From: a virus
IMG/VR virus record: IMGVR_UViG_3300013125_000002
Direction: 5' to 3' (one strand)
Length of the DNA stretch: 64,000 nucleotides
This document shows, piece by piece, positions 18,614 to 25,525 of this stretch (positions are counted from its first letter, which is position 1; each line of letters opens with the position of its first letter). The position numbers and the translations under genes were made by a program. Below the pieces are notes generated by a model. It made no database searches and had not been told where the DNA came from. It saw only the letters and a list, made by a program, of their open reading frames with translations.

Positions 18614-20817
18614 TACTCATTCACAGAGGAGTCACGCTGTTGCCCACGAATATGGGGTTTGGCACCCCTGTGGCTCACTGGGATGACAACTCTTTGGGTC
18701 TTGGCACTCAGCGGTCGATCTGTAGGGGATGGCGTCTCTGTTCCGTAGGTTGCCCTGTTGGCCTCTCTGCGCTCCCTCTCGCGTCTCTTCTGTATCTCCC
18801 CCTGCTCATCAATGTCTTCACCAGTGAATGGATTCTTCTTGAACGTACCCAGCTTTGCAGTACGGAGCGTTCTCATATCCCTGGCGTGCTGCTTGGCCTC
18901 TTCGATGTCCCCTCGAGCTTCAGCTTCATCACGCCTAGTGCGAAGCTTTTCGATGGTGTCGACACGCCAATCGGGAAGACTGGGGTTTGCTTTTCCCAAC
19001 AGTGTCTTGTTCTCTTCAAACTTCTCTTTGGCTCGTTGATTACCATAGGCTGCAGCACCCCCTCTGGCACCACCGATGATGGTGTTGATCAGACCATGCT
19101 CACCCTTGGTACCCTCCACCACACCCTTGAGGACTGCTGTGGTGTCCTTGACCCCCTTCTTGACTAGATCAGACTTGATCATCTGGGCGGCCCACTCGCC
19201 CATCATCTTGATCCCAGCAACAATGCTCGCTTTGTTCTGATCTAGATAACCAAACAAAGACAACATTACTCTGTGGAGTTCGTCTTGCATGGTCTCCACA
19301 ATCTTTGCTGCCTTGGCTCCAAGGGCCTCGCCTTGTGACTCAAGTTTGGCCAACCTGTTCTTCACACCCAAGAAACCTTCTCTGTTGACTTGCAGCATCT
19401 TCTTGTCCATCGACTCATACTGCTTGTCAGAGAGTTCTTGGATCTTCTTCAAGATGGTCTCTTGATCATCACCGCTCTGCATGAAGTCAGTGATCTGTTC
19501 AGCCATCTTGGTGGTGATGCCATAGACCTCCTTGAGAACGAGGTTCCGCTCCTGGTTTTCCGGAGCATTGCCTGCGAGTCCCTGGGTTCCGTACTGGGAA
19601 GTGGTCTCCTTGAGGATATCGAGGAGGTTCTTCGCCCCTTCTGGTCCTGTCAGACCCTGTTCTTGACGCTGGATTGCGGAGTAGTAATCGTTTGTGCCTC
19701 CTGGCTTTCCGAACCCGAACGCCTGTAGAGTCAGAGCCTGCCCTGCTTCTCCAGCTCCAGGAGCCATGATCGACTGATTGAGCTGAGAGAAGATGCCGGC
19801 TGCACGGTTGCCTGTGGTGCCCGTCAGCTTGCTGACCAGTGCCAAAGCTCCGCCAATGGCCCCTACATCAACTGTGCCCCCTTGGCGGCCACCTTGTTGA
19901 TCTGCGAACTGGGCTACAGCATGGAGATACTCAGGGACTCGAGCACGCTCAAGACCTGTCGCCATGGCTTGAGCCATGGTCTTCTCTAGCATCCGAACAC
20001 CTGCGCCCTCTGTTCCCTTACGACCCTTTGTGACAGGTGTTTCGAACCCAAGGCCAGCTTGGCGAAATGCCCCCATGACACCAGCAGCCTCGCCAATTCC
20101 CATACCTGTGATGCGTGTCAGCTGCTCTCCTCGGTAGACAGCTCCGAGGTTTCCTGTGGCCCGAGCGATGGCTGCTGCGTTCCCAGCGTGCTCTGTAGGT
20201 GTGTAGCCAAGAGCACCTCCGGCTCCTCGTCCCAAGAATCGCCGACCACTATTCAAGTCGGTTCTAGAACCCATACCAGCCATTGCTGCTTTAGCAGCAC
20301 CAACCTGAAGGTAGGTTCCATAGCCTTGCTGAATGCCTCCCATCAACATTCCCAGAAGGCCACTGCCGACCGCGCCAAGAGCCCCAAGACCTGCTTGGGC
20401 AACTCCACCCGCAACCCTACCAGCGAGCTTCAGGGGGCGATGAATGCCTCTTCCTGCAGCGGTCAGGTATGGATGGTCCGCCTTCCAGGATGCCCATTTG
20501 GCTTTGGCTAGATCGGTGTACTTCGTCAGGTCCCGCAGCATCCGGGGCTGGGACTTCAGCTCGTGGGAGATCTTCTGGACTTCTTGGCGAGCTTTGATCT
20601 GGGTGTCGTTCAGCTCTTTGTGGCGTTGCTTCCGCTCACGATGGAGCTTGCGCTCGTCTTGTGACTGCTTCTTGAGATGGATCTGGCCCTGCTTTTGATC
20701 CTTTACCGTCTGCATGCGAAGGTCAGCGACTTCCTTCTTGACCTTCTTCAGATCAGCTAGTGCTTCCTTCAGCTCAAGCTTGATACTGAGGACTACTTTG
20801 TCATTTGCAGAGGGCAT
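18613..20817 (-). CDS. Tape measure protein
   Basis: 734 aa, helical and Gly/Ala-rich with a coiled-coil N-terminus. Sits directly after the tube and chaperone genes. Confidence 0.8.
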   Translation of the reverse strand: MPSANDKVVLSIKLELKEALADLKKVKKEVADLRMQTVKDQKQGQIHLKKQSQDERKLHRERKQRHKELNDTQIKARQEVQKISHELKSQPRMLRDLTKYTDLAKAKWASWKADHPYLTAAGRGIHRPLKLAGRVAGGVAQAGLGALGAVGSGLLGMLMGGIQQGYGTYLQVGAAKAAMAGMGSRTDLNSGRRFLGRGAGGALGYTPTEHAGNAAAIARATGNLGAVYRGEQLTRITGMGIGEAAGVMGAFRQAGLGFETPVTKGRKGTEGAGVRMLEKTMAQAMATGLERARVPEYLHAVAQFADQQGGRQGGTVDVGAIGGALALVSKLTGTTGNRAAGIFSQLNQSIMAPGAGEAGQALTLQAFGFGKPGGTNDYYSAIQRQEQGLTGPEGAKNLLDILKETTSQYGTQGLAGNAPENQERNLVLKEVYGITTKMAEQITDFMQSGDDQETILKKIQELSDKQYESMDKKMLQVNREGFLGVKNRLAKLESQGEALGAKAAKIVETMQDELHRVMLSLFGYLDQNKASIVAGIKMMGEWAAQMIKSDLVKKGVKDTTAVLKGVVEGTKGEHGLINTIIGGARGGAAAYGNQRAKEKFEENKTLLGKANPSLPDWRVDTIEKLRTRRDEAEARGDIEEAKQHARDMRTLRTAKLGTFKKNPFTGEDIDEQGEIQKRRERERREANRATYGTETPSPTDRPLSAKTQRVVIPVSHRGAKPHIRGQQRDSSVNE

Positions 20818-20824
20818 CTAAGGA

Positions 20825-21424
20825 TCACCTTCTCCCAAGAAGAGGTGTGCTGGACGGTAGAGCTTCAGCTAGGTTGCTGTAGTCGTCTGCGAACTCAGCT
20901 TCGTCATCGCCTTCTTCGATCTGTCGCAGCTGCTCATTTCGCTGCTGTTCTCTGGTGATCTTCTCGCGGTGCCACGATGGCAACCCTTCCAGAAGGTCTG
21001 GCTCAAGACCCATTGCCAGTTCCTTCTCCCACTTATCGATGTATGGATCACCAGTCTCAAAGGCAACTTCTCCATCTTCGCGGCGACTAGCTTCGATCTT
21101 GTTCTCTCGGTAATAGTCCTCCCAGTACGCAGTCAGAAGATCGAGTAAGGTCTGCTCCTGTAGAGACTCATGGGTCCAGGGAAGGTGGTACTTCTCCTCG
21201 GCCCACTGTCTCAACATGTCCAGCAGCCCCGGGTTGCGAACTCGTTCGGCCGCTATCAGTTTGGCTGCCTTGTAGACCGAGAGCGGCCCCTCGCTGAGGG
21301 GAGCGGAAACTGTTCTCGAACTCGACGACCTGTTTGAAGACCTCTGCAAGAAGATCAATTTCGTCCAGCTCGTCCAGATTCCACCAAGCCGGCTTGCGGA
21401 CCAAAGACTGCTCCAGATGGGCAA
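20825..21424 (-). CDS. Tail assembly chaperone, second (gpT-like) segment; true start unclear, possibly reached by frameshift
   Basis: Overlaps the upstream chaperone in the +1 frame. LRQWAEEKYHLPW...TGDPYIDKWEKE reads as real coding sequence. Lies between chaperone and tape measure. Confidence 0.65.
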   Translation of the reverse strand: MPIWSSLWSASRLGGIWTSWTKLIFLQRSSNRSSSSRTVSAPLSEGPLSVYKAAKLIAAERVRNPGLLDMLRQWAEEKYHLPWTHESLQEQTLLDLLTAYWEDYYRENKIEASRREDGEVAFETGDPYIDKWEKELAMGLEPDLLEGLPSWHREKITREQQRNEQLRQIEEGDDEAEFADDYSNLAEALPSSTPLLGRR

Positions 21425-21659
21425 TCATGTAATTGGTCCAGTCGGTGGTTTCATCAACCCCGACACCTGGCTTGTTCTCGTCGAAGTAGTAGCCACCGTT
21501 GAGCTGCACCTTGCGAACCTGCATCGCAGTGATCGCTTTGATGCTGAGCTTCTTGGCTGTGAACATCCCCTCATACACTCGACCGTCAACGGCCGATGTG
21601 TATCGGATGAGGAAGTCCTTCATCCTTGGGGTAGGGACTGCCGTCAACTGTTGATCCAT
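21168..21659 (-). CDS. Tail assembly chaperone (gpG-like)
   Basis: Directly after the tube gene with an AGGAG RBS. YEGMFTAKKLS...PAWW...VFKQVVEFENSFR. Confidence 0.75.
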   Translation of the reverse strand: MDQQLTAVPTPRMKDFLIRYTSAVDGRVYEGMFTAKKLSIKAITAMQVRKVQLNGGYYFDENKPGVGVDETTDWTNYMIAHLEQSLVRKPAWWNLDELDEIDLLAEVFKQVVEFENSFRSPQRGAALGLQGSQTDSGRTSSQPGAAGHVETVGRGEVPPSLDP

Positions 21660-21696
21660 TTGATCTTCTCCTGCTCAATCCACCAGGCGGGTTAGG

Positions 21697-22155
21697 CTAC
21701 CGCTCGGACTCGTCTTCGACGCGGATAGCAACGAAGTTCACGTTGTCACTGGTCAGACCACGAGCCCCTGTGTCCCAGGAGTGACCCGATGCCCTGACAC
21801 CTGTGAAGTACGCCATGGCCTTGCGACCACCACTGACAGGCTTGGCATCCTCGATGGTCGCAGACATCGCTTCGCTGGTGATGATGTCCTGAATGCGAGG
21901 GAAGATGCCCAACTTCTTCAGGGACTGTCCAATGACACGGAAGACTGCTGCGTTGAGAGAAGCCCGGTAGGCCACCGGTACGTGCTCCTTCACTTCCAGC
22001 AGATCGAGAACATCGACCGCCTCGTAGTCGATGGTCTCCTCGCCAGACACGTTGCCAGCGTACCCTACTGGGTTTGCACCGATCTTGAACAGTGCGCGAG
22101 GACCAGAGAAGACCTGCGGCTTGCCTACGTTGGGGGTGATGTCATTCATGTTCAA
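21697..22155 (-). CDS. Tail tube protein
   Basis: 152 aa. VFSGPRALFKIG...VDVLDLLEVKEHVPVAY...DNVNFVAIR resembles SPO1/Twort-like tube proteins. Start may be ATG 22149. Confidence 0.8.
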   Translation of the reverse strand: MNMNDITPNVGKPQVFSGPRALFKIGANPVGYAGNVSGEETIDYEAVDVLDLLEVKEHVPVAYRASLNAAVFRVIGQSLKKLGIFPRIQDIITSEAMSATIEDAKPVSGGRKAMAYFTGVRASGHSWDTGARGLTSDNVNFVAIRVEDESER

Positions 22156-22199
22156 AACACTCCTGTGTCTTTGATCTCACTTGTGTTTACTGCGATGGT

Positions 22200-22320
22200 T
22201 TGGAGGGTAAGCCGAAGGTGGACCGTAGGTTTTGGTCCGATCCAGAGCTTACCTCTGGAGAGGGACCCCTGGGAGGCAGCGTCACACCTCCCAGGGGCTC
22301 CGCCTGGTGGATGAACAGGC
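22200..22320 (-). promoter_or_regulatory. Structured 5' leader of the tail tube transcript (tandem hairpins)
   Basis: Stems at 22265-22298 (~12 bp), 22241-22259 (7 bp) and 22220-22238 (5 bp), lying between the promoter and the tube RBS. Confidence 0.55.
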
Positions 22321-22327
22321 AACCTCT

Positions 22328-22356
22328 AACCTAACTGGTTCTAGAAGTTACGTCAA
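22328..22356 (-). promoter_or_regulatory. Sigma70-type promoter TTGACG-17-TAGGTT with spacer motif TTCTAGAACCAG
   Basis: Read directly from the intergenic region upstream of the tube gene. The same spacer motif occurs in two other promoters. Confidence 0.7.
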
Positions 22357-22368
22357 CGACGGAGTGAT

Positions 22369-23664
22369 CTAGACGAGAACTGCGGACAGAGGAGCTGACA
22401 GAAGGGCGTTGGATTCCACTTGAATGTTGACCACATCTGTGGCTGCACCAACCGCCTGAGTGGTGCAGGTGATCCCAGTGGCGCTCCACTTTGCTGTGGC
22501 AGACGTGCCTGGCTGGTTGGCGGGAAGAGCCTCAAGGCCACCAACATAGACCTTGTTGCCAGCGTAGTTTCCAGCACCACCAGTCATTGGGGCTTCTGCT
22601 TGTGCCACTGTGAAGTTTCCTGCTGCAGCAGAGACTGCCCGGAAGATACCGTCAGTGGCAGCCGCATTGGCGTTGATCAGAGTGGCGATGGCATCATCCG
22701 AAGAGCCTGCAGCACCGATGTCGATGGTGAGCTTACCACCAACGAAAGCAACAGACGCTGCGCCTGCACCCTTGATCATCTCAATGGTGAACCCAGAATC
22801 ACCAGGCTTGAGACAGGTGACAGTGAGGTCGCCACCCAATGCCTCCGTGAGGTGCAGGCTGTCGAAAGTCTGACCTTGCAGAAGGTTCCTTCCGACTAGA
22901 ATGATGTCTCCACCAGCAGCAGCGACAGCCGCTCCACCGGCGACATTGAGCATGTCGAGAATCGGATTCCCCGCTGCAATGATCCCAGCAACTCGAGGAT
23001 CGGTAGTGGTGACGTAGGGGTTTCCGGCTCCTGGAGCACCATTGGTGCCAGCAAGAGCTGCTTTCTCGTCCGTGGTTGGGAGCCGACCATCAGAGTTGGT
23101 CACATACCTGTTGCCGTCTGCAGGAGCACCGTTGGTGCCAGCAAGGGCTGCTTTCTGATCAGCCGATGGGTCGTTGGCATTCGTGTGGTGGTCCGTAGCT
23201 CCAACTCCGCCCAACTCGCTGTGGTTCAGCGTGCCCCAGGCAGCAGTGTTCGGAGCTGTTCCTTTGATCACCTGACCCGCTGCTACACCCGCTGTGGTAT
23301 GGAGGGCACCAACCAACGCATGTGCGGTCAGAGGGTTCACAACCCAAGAGGCATCGTTATAGGTGTAGACGAGATTCTCGTCCTCTACCCACAACAGCAT
23401 GCCTTCGTTGGGCGCTGTGAAAAGCCATGCAGACCCATTCCAGTGGGTGATGTACTTTTCTTTCCCAACCCATGCACCCGTAGCCACGGCTGCGATGATG
23501 TAGCGATCACCAGCAGTCGGAGCGCCTGGGGGTGCGTTCAAGTCCTTGTCCTTGACACTCTCTTGGGCGTCAATCGGGGCCGAAGTTGGCCCCGCGTTCA
23601 TGATGGTCTCAAGGTAAGCCTTTGCTTCCGCCGGCCAGCCCTTTGTGTAGTCATTGAGGTTCAT
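22369..23664 (-). CDS. DUF2793-like virion fibre/decoration protein
   Basis: N-terminal PPGAPTAGDRYII...GAWVG...WNGSAWLFTAPNEGMLLWVEDE fits DUF2793. Internal KAALAGTNGAP duplication. Confidence 0.65.
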   Translation of the reverse strand: MNLNDYTKGWPAEAKAYLETIMNAGPTSAPIDAQESVKDKDLNAPPGAPTAGDRYIIAAVATGAWVGKEKYITHWNGSAWLFTAPNEGMLLWVEDENLVYTYNDASWVVNPLTAHALVGALHTTAGVAAGQVIKGTAPNTAAWGTLNHSELGGVGATDHHTNANDPSADQKAALAGTNGAPADGNRYVTNSDGRLPTTDEKAALAGTNGAPGAGNPYVTTTDPRVAGIIAAGNPILDMLNVAGGAAVAAAGGDIILVGRNLLQGQTFDSLHLTEALGGDLTVTCLKPGDSGFTIEMIKGAGAASVAFVGGKLTIDIGAAGSSDDAIATLINANAAATDGIFRAVSAAAGNFTVAQAEAPMTGGAGNYAGNKVYVGGLEALPANQPGTSATAKWSATGITCTTQAVGAATDVVNIQVESNALLSAPLSAVLV

Positions 23665-23690
23665 GAGTTCTATCCTTTCTGGCCGTCAGA

Positions 23691-24755
23691 TTAGGCCGGC
23701 TTCGTGTAGGCTGCGACCGCGTTGCGGATCGCCTGCAGAGCATCTGCCATGAGCATGCCACCACCACTGCCCCTCGATCCCCCACCAGCATAGGGGCTGC
23801 CAATCCCAAAGGGTTGGGCTGCTGCTGCCGTCAGGTAGCTCGGCACAGAAGCCCCCAATCTGGCCAGGATGATCATGGCTGCGTTGATGAACGAAGGTCC
23901 GTTGGCATAGGGGTTAACCTGTGCAGCTCCTGTACCCTTGCCACCATCGAGAACAGTGATCTCCTTGTCGATCACTGTGTACTCGACAGCGTAGGTGTCT
24001 CCAGTCTTGGGAATCGCCGCAAGCGCACCAGGAGCGAAGTTGAGAAGTGTCACTGTGTTCGAGAGAACGTAAGCAGTGGCGCCCGCCAATGCTGCAGTGA
24101 CATTCCCTGTGAAGGTGACCTTCGCCCCGATGAGGCTATTGTTCGTGGTGAAGGCGCTCGTGTCAGACAGGGCAAGCAGCGAGCAACCGATGTCAACGCA
24201 GTGCGCGTTGTAGAGGGCCTTGATCGCATTGACCAACGTGCAAGCCGTAGCTGTGTCGGTGGCGTCAGCCACAGCCGTCACAGCCTTGGCATCAGCGAAG
24301 CGATGGGTATTCGCCGAGACCTTGATCGCATGAGCGTTGAACTTCGCCTTGAGGTCGTTGGCGAGTGCCACGAGTGAAGCTTCATCAGTGGCGTCAACCA
24401 CTGCGATGGCGTTGGCTGCATCAGCTGCCCAGTGGACGTTACCAGCAACCTTGACTCGGTGAAGCTCATACTTCGCCTTGAGATCATTGGCGAGAGCTTC
24501 TCCCGTTCCTTGATTGGTGGCATCGACCACTGCTGTCTGATCGGCTGCGTCCGCAAGACCATGGATGCCCTGAACGGTCAGACCCGTGGCATCGACAAGC
24601 CCCGTCAGGTTGCGGAGTAGGTCCGCAACACGGTTTCCATCAGGGTAGAGCTTGCCAGCACCTTCGGTGTGCATCGTCGAGTCGGAGTGGGGGAGGATGC
24701 TGTTCTTGAGAGTGAGCAGCTGAGCATCCACGATTGCTGGAATTACGATTGCCAT
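23691..24755 (-). CDS. Putative virion structural protein with three helical His-containing repeats
   Basis: ALANDLKAKYELH / ALANDLKAKFNAH / TLVNAIKALYNAH repeats. AAGGAG RBS. Confidence 0.6.
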   Translation of the reverse strand: MAIVIPAIVDAQLLTLKNSILPHSDSTMHTEGAGKLYPDGNRVADLLRNLTGLVDATGLTVQGIHGLADAADQTAVVDATNQGTGEALANDLKAKYELHRVKVAGNVHWAADAANAIAVVDATDEASLVALANDLKAKFNAHAIKVSANTHRFADAKAVTAVADATDTATACTLVNAIKALYNAHCVDIGCSLLALSDTSAFTTNNSLIGAKVTFTGNVTAALAGATAYVLSNTVTLLNFAPGALAAIPKTGDTYAVEYTVIDKEITVLDGGKGTGAAQVNPYANGPSFINAAMIILARLGASVPSYLTAAAAQPFGIGSPYAGGGSRGSGGGMLMADALQAIRNAVAAYTKPA

Positions 24756-24807
24756 ATCCGTTCTCCTTGTCTAGGTCGCTACAAAGGCAGCGTACCTAAT
24801 ACTTGTT

Positions 24808-24837
24808 CTAAGCCGCCTCCAAAACAGGTAGCTGGAG
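24808..24837 (-). pseudogene. Orphaned duplicate of the tail sheath 3' end (LQLPVLEAA-stop)
   Basis: ctc cag cta cct gtt ttg gag gcg gct tag encodes the same nine residues plus stop as 25526-25555. Confidence 0.85.
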
Positions 24838-24845
24838 CTGCGTTC

Positions 24846-25460
24846 TTATCGAATTGGAGTGGTCAGAATCTTTTCGGTCGGCCACCCCACGTGGTAGCGC
24901 AGGTACAGAGTGCTGTGACTCACACCAAGTTCTTTTGCCCACTCCATGATCGTTTTGGTTTCTTCTTGGAATGTTAGTTTGATGTTGTTTCGTTTGTTGC
25001 GTTGTTGAATCATAGGCAAAACCCAATGGCAATTCTTGGGCTCGTAGTGACCCCCGTTGTCCTTCCGATCTATCTGATGCCGAGAGGATGGGCGAGGACC
25101 CATATCCTCTAAAAAAGCCTCGAAGCTGTTTTGCCAACGCCGACACATCTTGACCCCACGTCCACCATAGTTTTCGTAGGACGGATGGGATGGAACTAGA
25201 CAACGCAGTTTGATCCCTCTCCAGATGTTGTACACCTCCGTTCCGGTTTGCCCATGTGTGCCGTGCAATCCACCTTTGATCTTGGAAGAGCACGAGGCAC
25301 ACTGGGTTGATCCTCCGGCCCGAAGATTGTCTCCCATTACCACAACTTCGTTTCCACATTCGCATCGACACTGGAAAGCTCGTTTATTGTTTCGCTTCTC
25401 AACTTCCTTCAGGACCAACCATTTACCGAATTGTCTCCCAACCATCTCAATCTTGAGCAA
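24846..25460 (-). mobile_element. Free-standing HNH homing endonuclease
   Basis: CRCECG...CASC, YNIWRGIKLRC, YGGRG, IDRKDNGGHYEPKNCHW...QQRN. More AT-rich than the flanks. TTG start with AGGAGG. Confidence 0.85.
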
Positions 25461-25464
25461 GATG

Positions 25465-25492
25465 AACCTCCTAGTATATTAACTAGGAGGTT
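25465..25492 (-). promoter_or_regulatory. Perfect 11-bp hairpin sequestering the HNH Shine-Dalgarno
   Basis: mRNA reads AACCUCCUAGU-uaauau-ACUAGGAGGUU. The 3' arm contains the AGGAGG that lies 6 nt before the TTG start. Confidence 0.8.
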
Positions 25493-25525
25493 ATCCTATT
25501 TCAGTTCAATCTGGCAACCTTTTGA

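Noticed and set aside
24790-24825. Fourth copy of the promoter spacer motif (GCTTAGAACAAG; also TTTTAGAACGAC at ~44890)
   Set aside because: Several mismatches and no properly spaced -35/-10 pair.
24808-25371. 187-aa ORF overlapping the HNH gene and ending in LQLPVLEAA
   Set aside because: It is an alternative-frame shadow that runs into the orphan sheath end. It has no RBS and no protein-like content.
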